A stretch of 34,598 nucleotides of DNA from an uncultured Fibrobacterales bacterium (GCA_963934255.1 CAWVXU010000020.1:1-34598); one strand, 5' to 3'; counted from the stretch's first letter, positions 19,130 to 28,730 are shown. Program-made: numbers and translations. The notes: a model not told the origin generated them from the sequence alone.

Positions 19130-20041
19130 TTATTTTATTTGTTTCCAAATAAATTGAACTAGTTTCTCTTCCCACATCCCAGTAAGTTCGTTTTTTGATA
19201 ATTTCCAATTTCCATATAGATGCCTTAAGGGTAAAGTCCAAATACATTTACATGCATACAGAATGAGTGAACCTAAATTCCAAGAAGAAGTTAGGTCGAG
19301 CTTTAATAAATAGGCATCAGGACCATAGACTACCGCCCATCGTCCTTTTGCAATCAAGGGATGAACACCACTTAGTCCTCCAAGTAGCGAGGAGATCTTC
19401 GCTAAAAGCATAGGGTCTATCGTTCTCATTTCAAAATGCCATACTTTTAGATTAAAATTAAATAGCTTGAGCAAATCCACACTACGACCATATGCCCACG
19501 CGGTTAGCTTAAGCAACACCTTTGGATCAAGAATAGTACGAAGATATCTTAGTTCTAAAGGTACCTTCGCCTGGTTAGGCTTATCTTTTTTGTTCTTTTT
19601 TGAAATTAAGGACGAATTTTTATTTGGATTTTTAGATCTAGGTTCTGATAAAGACTCAGTATCGTCTAGCTTTTTTGACTTATCCGACTTTTCTTCATAG
19701 TTATTTTCGATGCTTTTTTCGATAGACTCTGCCCTCATGAATTCGTCATTGAGGTGATATTTGGTATCCGAATCCACTAACTTATTTTCAGAATCAGAGG
19801 ATGCATATTTAACTGTTTTGTCCAGCGGAGTAGTTGAGTAGCCTGAGTGATGGTCAGGCGAATTATTACTCAAAACATCTGGCTTTGAATTAAACTCTTT
19901 TGACCAAGAATAAATAACCCAAAGGTAAAATTTGACATCAATTGACACCCTTGAATCTAACAAGCGCAAGTGGGCCTTAAAGAGAAACGGCACTCCTAAT
20001 ATAATAAGGAGTGCCGAAATAATTCCAAAAAGGTAATTCAA
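19130..20041 (-). CDS. Hypothetical membrane-anchored protein with a central K/S/D/E low-complexity linker
   Basis: 303-aa ORF abutting the mlaC stop; N-terminal hydrophobic helix; no motif recognised. Confidence 0.7.
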   Translation of the reverse strand: MNYLFGIISALLIILGVPFLFKAHLRLLDSRVSIDVKFYLWVIYSWSKEFNSKPDVLSNNSPDHHSGYSTTPLDKTVKYASSDSENKLVDSDTKYHLNDEFMRAESIEKSIENNYEEKSDKSKKLDDTESLSEPRSKNPNKNSSLISKKNKKDKPNQAKVPLELRYLRTILDPKVLLKLTAWAYGRSVDLLKLFNFNLKVWHFEMRTIDPMLLAKISSLLGGLSGVHPLIAKGRWAVVYGPDAYLLKLDLTSSWNLGSLILYACKCIWTLPLRHLYGNWKLSKNELTGMWEEKLVQFIWKQIK

Positions 20042-20626
20042 CTATTCAGCCGCTTTATCTTTCAAAATCTTCACCAATTCATCAAAACTTTTATCCTTCA
20101 AGATGTCTTTAAATTGCTCACGGTAATTTCTCATCGTAGATAAGTCATTAATAACTAGATCCCATGCTTTCCAATTTCCATCATTGTTTTTGAATTTATA
20201 AGCTAAAATAGACTCTTCACCTTTGGCCCAGACATGTGCCGTTAAAGTTTGTTTTTTACCACTAAAATCGGCTTCTTCATAAACTGTTTTATCTGATTGA
20301 TAAACTTCGAGTTTTTTGACCGATGCATTCTCCACCATTGCTTTGAAAGCTGCAACAAATTCAGCTTGCTTTGCTATATCTTGAGATTTCCATGTAGAAG
20401 ATCCCAATGCACGTCGGCCCATCTCTTCGAAATCAAAGATATCATTTATCAAGAATTTCATGCGGTCGACATTTTCTTGGCTTGCTGCTGATTGATTCCT
20501 TTTGATTAATGATTGAAGTTCAATATCATTTTTTTTAATAGCGTCCATAGGACTCGCGCAAGTCAGGCTGATTGAAAGAAGTAAAGCTGGTAAAATATTC
20601 TTTTTTTTAAAAATCGTAAATTTCAT
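20042..20626 (-). CDS. MlaC/Ttg2D-family periplasmic lipid-binding protein
   Basis: Signal peptide; FDFEEMGRRALG..W, QAEFV..F, WKAWDLVI..LS...NYREQF. Confidence 0.85.
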   Translation of the reverse strand: MKFTIFKKKNILPALLLSISLTCASPMDAIKKNDIELQSLIKRNQSAASQENVDRMKFLINDIFDFEEMGRRALGSSTWKSQDIAKQAEFVAAFKAMVENASVKKLEVYQSDKTVYEEADFSGKKQTLTAHVWAKGEESILAYKFKNNDGNWKAWDLVINDLSTMRNYREQFKDILKDKSFDELVKILKDKAAE

Positions 20627-20646
20627 GTTGGCATCCTATGTCTCAT

Positions 20647-22113
20647 TTATTGAGATGTCTTTGTGTTATAAATACTTTGATATTCAGCTAAAGTCCAACC
20701 CACTTTAGAAAAAAGTGCTCCTACAGCCAAATTATATGCGTAAACTGAGTCATAAAGGTCTTTGCGATTGGACATGTTTTGCTTAAAAGCCTTAAGTAGT
20801 ATCCCACCTTGTGAAGGGTCAATGTCGTATTTCATTGCCGCACCCTTGAGCCAAGCGTCCGAGGCACGCAATGAACGCTGAGCGCTCTTAATACGTTTTT
20901 TGTGAAGAGTAACCTTGTTGTATGCCTCTTCCATGAGCAGTAATAGCCCAGTTGCCGCATAGATATCTTTTTTCTTCAATAAATTATATTCGTACTTGGC
21001 TTTCTTCAGTTTATCTTGTTGTGCCCAAAAATTCAAATTGTATTGAACACCTACTCCAAGCGCGCCGTCTATTGTATTGATTGGATCTCGTGAAAAGGCA
21101 TCTTCACCAAAATTAGTTCGATCACCCGCCCATGATTTGGCGTATTTAAATTCTCCAAAAAGGAAGAATCCAGGTCCCATTTCACCTCCAGCTAAATTGA
21201 TAAGAGCACGTTTGGCTTTGAGGCCGTAATTTAATTTCTTTAAATCAGGATGTTTCTCATATAACGCTTTTTTTAAGTCCTCCAGCGGTGGAATAACATC
21301 TTTACGCTGTCTAATCAGGGTATCCAAAATTTGAATATGTTCCCCTTGCTCACCTAGGCTAAATCTGAACCCTAAGCGAGCACGAGCAAGGCCTTCTTCT
21401 GTTTCATAGAGTGCTTTATCTAAAGAGTACCTATTGGATTTTAATTCTAGCAAATCAAACTGAGATACATTTTCGTCTTCCTCATCCAGAGCTTCTTCTA
21501 ATTTATCTGCTACTTTAGTGAGCTCTTTAAGCGCTTTGGAGGCGAGTCGATTCATACTCATCGCATAACTTAAACCATAATAAATCTTTTGTAATTCATA
21601 ATTCAAAACAACTTGAACTTTTTTGTAATCCCAAGCTGTCACATCTAAATCAGCTTGAGCAGCCATCAAACCATAGCGTAATCGCGAAATGTTTAGCGGC
21701 TGCGCCATCTCAATTTTAGTACCAAAATAAGGACCAAAAGTTGAAAAGTCATAACGGGTTTCTTTAGTCTCTATTAATTTACCATCAACAAGCTCAGTCT
21801 CAACTACTTCGTTTATATCCGGGGCAGGCCCAAATAAGATACTAGCTTTAAATTTGGGTAGAATGGCAGAGTTTTTAATGCTTTTGATTCGAAGTGATTT
21901 AATTGACTTCTTGTATTGAGCTTCTGCTAAAGTTGGATCGTTATCTATACTTGTTGAAACAAATTGATGAACATCCCATGAAATCGGTAGCTCAACATTA
22001 GACTGAGGTACCGTTTCAAGCACAGTATTAGATTCTTTTGCGTATGCAAAGGAACTGATAACAACAAATAAAGTGACCCAAAGGGTGACAAGGGAAGTTT
22101 GGCCCAATTTCAT
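20647..22113 (-). CDS. TolC-family outer-membrane efflux protein
   Basis: Signal peptide; two OEP-like repeats (NDPTL...ILPKF and HPDL...PGFFL); alternating beta strands and long helices; YNLAV..L ending. Confidence 0.8.
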   Translation of the reverse strand: MKLGQTSLVTLWVTLFVVISSFAYAKESNTVLETVPQSNVELPISWDVHQFVSTSIDNDPTLAEAQYKKSIKSLRIKSIKNSAILPKFKASILFGPAPDINEVVETELVDGKLIETKETRYDFSTFGPYFGTKIEMAQPLNISRLRYGLMAAQADLDVTAWDYKKVQVVLNYELQKIYYGLSYAMSMNRLASKALKELTKVADKLEEALDEEDENVSQFDLLELKSNRYSLDKALYETEEGLARARLGFRFSLGEQGEHIQILDTLIRQRKDVIPPLEDLKKALYEKHPDLKKLNYGLKAKRALINLAGGEMGPGFFLFGEFKYAKSWAGDRTNFGEDAFSRDPINTIDGALGVGVQYNLNFWAQQDKLKKAKYEYNLLKKKDIYAATGLLLLMEEAYNKVTLHKKRIKSAQRSLRASDAWLKGAAMKYDIDPSQGGILLKAFKQNMSNRKDLYDSVYAYNLAVGALFSKVGWTLAEYQSIYNTKTSQ

Positions 22114-22164
22114 AAAGAAAAACCATTTTCATTACTTTGGTGTAAAGATACTAATTTTGAATCT

Positions 22165-23340
22165 ATGCGTAGAATTTATGTCGATGAGAATATCCCTAAA
22201 GCCCACGATTTCTTTCAAGAATTCGGTGAGGTGAAAACATATCATGGTAGAGACTTGAAGTCTGAGGATTTGAGCGATGCCGACATACTTATTGTCCGTT
22301 CTATCACTCAAGTCAACCGTCAATTGTTAGAGAACACACCCGTCAAATGGGTCGGCACTGCTACCGCTGGCGTTAACCATATCAACCAGACTGACCTCAT
22401 AGATTTGGGTGTTTTATGGGAGTCAGCTGCCGGTTGCAATGCCGTAGCTGTGGCGGAATATGTCTTAGCAATTTTGTTTCGTTTATATGCTGAGGAAAAA
22501 TTGACCCCTCAAGATAAAATTGGAGTCATTGGTTACGGGCAAGTTGGACAGGCTTTGACTAATAAACTCACCGCCTTGAGTATTCCCTGGATTGCCGTTG
22601 ACCCTCCTCGAGCAGCAAAATTCGATGATATTGATTATGCTCATTGGGACAACCTAGCAGAATGTTCACTTATATCAGCCCATACTCCTTATACTCAATC
22701 TGGATTACACCCAACCCATAAAATGATTTCTGCGAGCAGCTTTAAGGGTTTCAAACCAAATTTACATGTAATTAATGCATGTCGAGGTGAAGTCATTGAT
22801 GAGGATTCAATTATTCAAAGTCGAACACTATTTGGGGACTTATTTCTTGATGTATTTTGGAATGAACCTTCCCCGGACTTGTCTTGGATGAAACAATCTA
22901 GACTCAATACACCTCATATTGCCGGCTATAGTTATCGTGGTAAACTTAATGGTTCGGCCATACTTGTAGAGAAATTGAATTCCTTTTTGGGATTAAACAT
23001 TCCTATTCACCAGGGACACTTCTTAAAAAGATCATCTACAATGACGGTAGTAGAATTTGAGGCCGAAAACCCACAAGCCAATTTAATAAAGAGCTTGATT
23101 AGCTGGATGCCTTCTCACTACAACCCTTGGTCAGATTCTGAGCGATTTGAAAAATCATGGCTTGATGAAAATCGCAGCTTTAGCTTTGATCAACTCAGAA
23201 AAAACTATCCTATTCGTCTTGAATTTGGTGATGTTGATTTGGAAATAAAGACCCACTGCCAATCTAATATTAGAACTGACTTTTACAAAAAACAGCTCCA
23301 CTCTTTAGGTTTTAGGTCCGTTAAAGTTTCATCCCTATGA
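22165..23340 (+). CDS. pdxB: Erythronate-4-phosphate dehydrogenase; true start probably ATG 22165
   Basis: I.VDENIP, LIVRS.T.V, GTATAG..H, AAGCNA.AVAEY, G.GQVG, INACRG, DVFWNEP, TPHIAGYS.RGK, FD.LRKNYP.R.EF. The longer ORF-track start overlaps the divergent TolC gene. Confidence 0.92.
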   Translation: MRRIYVDENIPKAHDFFQEFGEVKTYHGRDLKSEDLSDADILIVRSITQVNRQLLENTPVKWVGTATAGVNHINQTDLIDLGVLWESAAGCNAVAVAEYVLAILFRLYAEEKLTPQDKIGVIGYGQVGQALTNKLTALSIPWIAVDPPRAAKFDDIDYAHWDNLAECSLISAHTPYTQSGLHPTHKMISASSFKGFKPNLHVINACRGEVIDEDSIIQSRTLFGDLFLDVFWNEPSPDLSWMKQSRLNTPHIAGYSYRGKLNGSAILVEKLNSFLGLNIPIHQGHFLKRSSTMTVVEFEAENPQANLIKSLISWMPSHYNPWSDSERFEKSWLDENRSFSFDQLRKNYPIRLEFGDVDLEIKTHCQSNIRTDFYKKQLHSLGFRSVKVSSL

Positions 23341-24045
23341 TTCGGTAGGTTCTTCACCAAATTTATCTACTAGTGAATAATAGTTGGATAGCATTCTGTT
23401 AAGATAACGCTTAGGTAATTTCGCTTTATTGTATTTGAGGGCTTTATTCATAGCCCCTGGCCCAATATTATAAGCCATAATCCCTTTACTTAAACTTTGA
23501 TATTTGGCAACCAAATCCATCAGATAAAGTGTTCCATATAAAATATTTTGCTCTGCCCTAATCACCCCACCTTCACTAAGCTTTTTATGTCCAAACTTTT
23601 GGGCCACCCATTGAGCTGTGGACTCTTTAATCTGCATTAACCCCAACGCTCCACTTTCCTTGCCAGACCTATATCTACCAATAGCCCTGGGATTACCTCT
23701 ACTTTCAACACTCACAAGAGCTATAACCAAAAGTGGATCAAAACTTAGCGCGTTTGACATATTGTACAGTTGTTCACTTGTTTTGATAAATGATTTTTTT
23801 TCCATTTTATTTCTGGTTATAAAAGCAAAAGCATTTTGAACACGAAGACGTTTTTTCATCGTCAAAATTTGAAGTTTTGATTCTTGGACCTTGGATTGAA
23901 TACTAGGTATGTCTTTACGAACATTACTCATTTGATAGTTCACATGCACAAGTTTGGCAAAGAGGCTGCTCATCGCCACCACAATTAATGTCAAAATAAG
24001 ATAGAGCGTAGCTTGAGACAAACGCCAAGTGACCACCGCTTTCAT
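23335..24045 (-). CDS. Membrane-anchored SLT-domain lytic transglycosylase
   Basis: N-terminal TM and coiled coil; VES (catalytic Glu), GALGLMQI, NI..G..YL, AYN.G. Confidence 0.88.
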   Translation of the reverse strand: MKAVVTWRLSQATLYLILTLIVVAMSSLFAKLVHVNYQMSNVRKDIPSIQSKVQESKLQILTMKKRLRVQNAFAFITRNKMEKKSFIKTSEQLYNMSNALSFDPLLVIALVSVESRGNPRAIGRYRSGKESGALGLMQIKESTAQWVAQKFGHKKLSEGGVIRAEQNILYGTLYLMDLVAKYQSLSKGIMAYNIGPGAMNKALKYNKAKLPKRYLNRMLSNYYSLVDKFGEEPTES

Positions 24046-24716
24046 TTTTGTTTTTTTCTCAAATGATCTACCCAGTCAGGGATGTTTTTATATTTCACTC
24101 GGCTTAAGCTGTCTTTTAATAAGCCTAATTGTCTGAGGGGCGCTAGCTTCGTCTCAAGTTCTTTTAATTCACGACTTATGCTTTTTTGTTCGACAATGAG
24201 CTCTTGAACTTCTCGTCTAGATTTATCCAAATCTTCTGACTGAGTCTGAATCATCGTTAAGAGTGTCATCACCCAACCAGCTAGTAATAGCAAAACTAAA
24301 GCCGCCGTCGTTGGAGAAATCCGAATTCCAGTTTTTTTTGAATATTGCAACCCAACTGTCCTTAACGCCCGAACAAAACCTTGTTTTCTATAAGTTTCAT
24401 AGTTAGGGTAGATTTCAAACAGATGCTTATATGGAGCAAAAAACTTGACGTTTGATTTGTTGTCAAAAATTAAAATTAATTTAGCCTTGCGTCCGGCTAA
24501 ATTATTTTGAAGTTCCAAGAAGTTCTGCAAAATTTCCGCATCACGAATTTTGGCTTTTTGTAAATGAACGAAGAATTTTTTTTGGCCTTCGCTGATAAAT
24601 GAATCAAATTTTTCTTGAACAAACGGCCACTGATTGATGAAAAATATTCCATCAAATACCAGGCGTACAGCGCCCTCTATAAATTCAATCTTCGTATCTA
24701 ATTGTGAATTTCTCAT
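24042..24716 (-). CDS. Hypothetical protein: N-terminal STAS-like domain, single TM, C-terminal coiled coil
   Basis: STAS-like alpha/beta pattern in about residues 5-105; TM AALVLLLLAGWVMTLL; heptad-rich tail; ATGA overlaps at both ends. Confidence 0.65.
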   Translation of the reverse strand: MRNSQLDTKIEFIEGAVRLVFDGIFFINQWPFVQEKFDSFISEGQKKFFVHLQKAKIRDAEILQNFLELQNNLAGRKAKLILIFDNKSNVKFFAPYKHLFEIYPNYETYRKQGFVRALRTVGLQYSKKTGIRISPTTAALVLLLLAGWVMTLLTMIQTQSEDLDKSRREVQELIVEQKSISRELKELETKLAPLRQLGLLKDSLSRVKYKNIPDWVDHLRKKQK

Positions 24717-26650
24717 CCGAATAAAAATCCGGCCTTATGACAAATAATTTTTGACATTAATGAAATCTTTTCTTGACCTAGTAACTTGCATTCCCATAAG
24801 GGGAGAAGTTGTATCCCTTGGAACTGACTTTCAAATTCATTTCCCATCCCAAAATCAAGAATCGGTCTAACAAATAATTTACATGGTTTATGGAATTCCC
24901 AATGAAGACTAATCCCTTTGGATTTGTCTTTCCAAATAAGTTTACTCACATCTTCAATTAGGTGATTGTTCTTAATATCAACACGAGCTCCTTGTACTGA
25001 TAAAGTACAGGCGGTGACATCAATCCCACTTGAAGAGAGATTGAATAGAGACCCATAATAGCCATCGAACTCTCTAAAACTTCCATTTTTTAGCTGCTGT
25101 GTCCAAAGAAATTCAGAGCCTTTACCTTTGAATGTAAATACTTTGTCCATTTGCATGATATGCTCAACTTGATTAAACTTAATCCGCTGTTCAGCACTTA
25201 AAAGTAACTGAGAAGAGTCCTCACGTGGTTTAATTTGAAAATCCATCGGTTGGGATAAGATATGAGATTCATTGTGAATCCAATCAGGGATGTGAACTAA
25301 ATCAGCGTCCTCTTTTGAACATAATACATCTCGAAGCCCCACCATAGGAAAAACCTGGTAAATAGGGCCCTTACCTTCACTGCGTTCTGATTGTAGATAA
25401 GAATTTATCAAATTATGGCGTGCAGGCCTATAGTCAAGGCTTCTCAAAACACCACCACGCTTAGGCTCAACAATCACAGCAATTTGATCATTGGCAAAAA
25501 GGACCTCCTTAGCACCATTTCCAAAAAAATCGGTCACTTCTACTTGGAGGCCACGAACACCAGAAAGTTTACGAAGTCTATCTTCAATATCAATTAACTT
25601 TGAGTGAATTTCTTGACGATCTTCGACATATCTAATCCCACCGGTTTTGGCCGAATTTCTATAATAATAAAGGGATTGTGCAGGTAAAAGCATGTCATAA
25701 AAACCGTTGCGAATCTTTAAGTTTTCAACACTGTCGATGGCTTTGTGAATATAAATCATCTTCTTATGGATGTAATTGCATTCGGGTTGTAAAATTAATA
25801 AATCACGGCAACTTGTTTGATGTTCTTTGAGGCCGAGACTCTTTCCAATAGAGGGCTGAAGGTATATTGTCCCACCGGAAATTTGTTGGTCTACTTGAGA
25901 GTCTAAAGTTTCAAAACTAACCTCAAGACTATCTTGTTTCATTCGTTTGAGTAGTTTCTTGAGCCTGTCAAACCATTCATCATGAAAATGTCCACGGTTT
26001 CTTCTAATGAAAGGTAAATCAAGTTGAGTAAAGGATGTCTGCTCTGAAATTTCATTTAATTGCCCAATGAACTTTTTGTACTGACCATCAACAAAATGCT
26101 TGGAAAGATTATGGGAACTTGATAAAACCTTGAGAACTTTACCTCTGTCCTCAACAGTCCAGAAACCCTTGTCTGTCCCATATCGCCAAAGGGAATCCTG
26201 TAATTGGTATTGTTTTAAACAAGTGTATTCAAACCCATGTCTAGAAAGTAAATCAATGCATTCAGACTCCCAGACATAGGAAGGTAAAACAAAGCCCCGA
26301 GGCCTTACATTAAGTGTTTGCTCAAGTAAAGCTAAGTGTTTTTTAATATGCAGATCTTGGGTTTTACGTGGAATTAATGGAAAAATTGGGTCAAAATAAC
26401 CACCGCCGAGCCATTGAATTTGCCCCGCTTTCGTCTTTTCTAATATTGCTCCCAATATGGAGTTATTTACCTTAGAGAGCGCTTCTAGGAATCGGCCAGA
26501 AAAATAAACACTCACCTTAGTCAGGCCAACTTCATCCATTAAAGTCAAAACTTCCGTACAAAACACTCTTGTGATTTTTTCAATCTCAGAACTCTTGAGA
26601 TAAGGAGCATCATTTAGATGAAATGCCATAGATAGGTTTAGTTTAGTCAT
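24713..26650 (-). CDS. GH57 4-alpha-glucanotransferase-like protein (GH57 + DUF1925/DUF1926-like), probably catalytically inactive
   Basis: YFSG, LGGGYFDPI, RPRGF.LP..VWE, IYL...S, PE.NY.HKKM, AQ...YY....GG, D...G..E and P.RGG.L..LD match the family layout; the nucleophile motif is altered. Confidence 0.8.
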   Translation of the reverse strand: MTKLNLSMAFHLNDAPYLKSSEIEKITRVFCTEVLTLMDEVGLTKVSVYFSGRFLEALSKVNNSILGAILEKTKAGQIQWLGGGYFDPIFPLIPRKTQDLHIKKHLALLEQTLNVRPRGFVLPSYVWESECIDLLSRHGFEYTCLKQYQLQDSLWRYGTDKGFWTVEDRGKVLKVLSSSHNLSKHFVDGQYKKFIGQLNEISEQTSFTQLDLPFIRRNRGHFHDEWFDRLKKLLKRMKQDSLEVSFETLDSQVDQQISGGTIYLQPSIGKSLGLKEHQTSCRDLLILQPECNYIHKKMIYIHKAIDSVENLKIRNGFYDMLLPAQSLYYYRNSAKTGGIRYVEDRQEIHSKLIDIEDRLRKLSGVRGLQVEVTDFFGNGAKEVLFANDQIAVIVEPKRGGVLRSLDYRPARHNLINSYLQSERSEGKGPIYQVFPMVGLRDVLCSKEDADLVHIPDWIHNESHILSQPMDFQIKPREDSSQLLLSAEQRIKFNQVEHIMQMDKVFTFKGKGSEFLWTQQLKNGSFREFDGYYGSLFNLSSSGIDVTACTLSVQGARVDIKNNHLIEDVSKLIWKDKSKGISLHWEFHKPCKLFVRPILDFGMGNEFESQFQGIQLLPLWECKLLGQEKISLMSKIICHKAGFLFG

Positions 26651-26656
26651 ATTGAT

Positions 26657-26665
26657 ATTATACCA
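26657..26665 (-). promoter_or_regulatory. Extended -10 promoter candidate positioned for a leaderless mRNA
   Basis: Minus strand reads TGGTATAAT-ATCAAT-ATG(26650); no Shine-Dalgarno. Confidence 0.55.
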
Positions 26666-26682
26666 TAAAATTCAAGAATAAT

Positions 26683-27549
26683 CTAGAGCTCTAGATTATC
26701 AATAAGACGAGTTTCACCTAAATAAACGGCTATGAGCAAGACAGCCGGGCGGACGTATTTCTTTTGAGGGAGTAAGGTCTTTCGGTCAACTAACTCAAAG
26801 TACTGGATTTCGCCAAAACCTTCTTTTTCCAGCTTTTCCATGCCTTCTTTACGTTGTTTTATCCAACTTTTACCACTTTTAAGCTCTTTTTTAGCATCCT
26901 TTAAAGCCTGGTAGACACTCGCTGCTTTTTTGTAATTATTTTCACTTAAATATTCATTTCGTGAAGACTTAGCAAGTCCGCTCGTTTCTCTTTTTGTGAC
27001 GCAGCCAAGTATCTTAACGGGTATATTTAAATCAGTTACCATGCGGTTGATCAAATAGAGCTGTTGATAATCTTTTTTACCAAAATAGGCTGTATCAGGG
27101 ATTGAGGCCATTAAAAGCTTGGCTACGACTGTCAAAACTCCGCGAAAATGACCGGGTCGAAACTCTCCACAATAAAGATTTTCTAATTCAAAATTAGCTA
27201 GAGTCGTTTGGTGATTTGAGTTATAAAAAGAATCTTGGGTAGGGGCAAAAATGACAGTGGCTCCGGATAAGCTCCCGAGTCTCACATCTTCTTGAAGTCT
27301 TCTTGGGTATGAATCAAGATCTTCGCCTGCCCCAAATTGAAGCGGATTCACAAATATGCTCAAAATTACAACACCATGTGACTTCGAAGCTTTTTGAATT
27401 AATGACATATGACCTTCGTGCAATGCGCCCATTGTAGGGACTAAACCAACGCCTTGTCGCACTAGCTTCTGACGAGCTACTTCACGTCGAAGTTCATTGA
27501 CGTTTTTACAAACCGGGAGAGCAAATTTGATCTGAACCATTATGCGCAA
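26683..27549 (-). CDS. panC: Pantoate-beta-alanine ligase; start may be ATG 27540
   Basis: VPTMGALHEGH.SL, SIFVNPLQF, RPGHF.GV.TVV.KL, FGKKDYQQ, GLAKSSRN, RLIDN. Confidence 0.95.
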   Translation of the reverse strand: MRIMVQIKFALPVCKNVNELRREVARQKLVRQGVGLVPTMGALHEGHMSLIQKASKSHGVVILSIFVNPLQFGAGEDLDSYPRRLQEDVRLGSLSGATVIFAPTQDSFYNSNHQTTLANFELENLYCGEFRPGHFRGVLTVVAKLLMASIPDTAYFGKKDYQQLYLINRMVTDLNIPVKILGCVTKRETSGLAKSSRNEYLSENNYKKAASVYQALKDAKKELKSGKSWIKQRKEGMEKLEKEGFGEIQYFELVDRKTLLPQKKYVRPAVLLIAVYLGETRLIDNLEL

Positions 27550-27607
27550 ATTCCTTCATCTATTATGAAATTGACAACGAATAATCGCTTTCATAATAAT
27601 AAGTGTT

Positions 27608-28267
27608 TTAAAGTAGACTCGATGGATTGTAAAAATTCTTGCCTGCAGGAAATCTGTCTATTACCTTCAATAAGTCTTCCAAATCAGATTCATTTTCTAC
27701 GAAATCAATTTGATCAGTATTAATAGTCAATACAGGGCAATCAGAATAATTGAAAAAATGATTAGAATAGGTATGAATAAGAGCCTTTAAATAAGCTGGG
27801 TCCATGTTTTGTTCCATAGTGCGATTGCGCTTCTCTATTCTACCTTGAAGTACATCAGAATTACCTTGTAAATAAATGATGTAATCTGGTTTAGGCAACC
27901 CTATGTTTAGACTTTGAGCCACAGTGTCATACATGCGAAGCTCATCCTCTTTTAGATTAATACTGGCGAAAATTCGATCTTTATCATAACAATAATCAGA
28001 AACAGTACAATTCACAAATAGATCTTGTTGTTCGAAACTCGCTTTGAGCTGTCGATGCCTTGATAGCAAAAAGAATAGCTGAGTTTGAAACGCATAAGCA
28101 TTTTTGTTCTCATAAAATTTTTCTAAAAATGGATTTTCTTCAAAAATCTCAGATAAAAGCCTTGCTTGATAACGCTTAGACAAAATATGGGCCAAGGTAG
28201 ATTTGCCAACACCTATGACGCCTTCTATAGCTATATATCTAATGTCTTCAGGAAGCTTCATTTTCAC
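27608..28267 (-). CDS. Deoxynucleoside kinase (dNK family)
   Basis: IAIEGVIGVGKST, ENPFLEKFY, FQTQLFFLLSR, PDYIIYL, RI..R.R..E. Confidence 0.92.
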   Translation of the reverse strand: MKMKLPEDIRYIAIEGVIGVGKSTLAHILSKRYQARLLSEIFEENPFLEKFYENKNAYAFQTQLFFLLSRHRQLKASFEQQDLFVNCTVSDYCYDKDRIFASINLKEDELRMYDTVAQSLNIGLPKPDYIIYLQGNSDVLQGRIEKRNRTMEQNMDPAYLKALIHTYSNHFFNYSDCPVLTINTDQIDFVENESDLEDLLKVIDRFPAGKNFYNPSSLL

Positions 28268-28730
28268 CCAATTCCAAAATCAACTGATGGATACTTTTAT
28301 CACTCAAAGGATGCGTCCAATTTGGGTCACATTCTCTGAGCGGATTCAACACAAAACTACGAAAATTCATTTGAGGATGTGGAATTTTTAATCGGCCCAG
28401 TTGATGAATTTCATCTGAAATTGCCACAATATCTAGATCTAACTCACGTTCACCCCAACGGCGCCTCAACTGTCGGCCAAAAATAGTCTCCAAACCCTTG
28501 ATATATGCTAACATTTCCATTGCAGGCCAGCTAGATTGAAAACTCACAACCATATTGAAAAACCATGGCTGATTTTGTGGCCCTAGTGGTGCAGACTTCA
28601 ATATTTCACTAGAAATGAAGTCAAGTGGGAATCTGTTTTCAAAGCGTTGAACCACTTGATTTAAGATAGATTCAGAATTTTGAGTTAAATTTGGCCAATT
28701 TGAGCCAATTGCAATAAAATATTTTTTCAT
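28248..28730 (-). CDS. folK: 2-amino-4-hydroxy-6-hydroxymethyldihydropteridine pyrophosphokinase
   Basis: IAIGSN, Q..F.N.V, E..FGR....WG.R.LDLDI, IPHP....R.FVL.PL. Confidence 0.92.
   Translation of the reverse strand: MKKYFIAIGSNWPNLTQNSESILNQVVQRFENRFPLDFISSEILKSAPLGPQNQPWFFNMVVSFQSSWPAMEMLAYIKGLETIFGRQLRRRWGERELDLDIVAISDEIHQLGRLKIPHPQMNFRSFVLNPLRECDPNWTHPLSDKSIHQLILELGENEAS

Noticed and set aside
22099..22164. N-terminal extension of pdxB in the ORF track
   Set aside because: Overlaps the divergent TolC start; family similarity begins at Met 22165.
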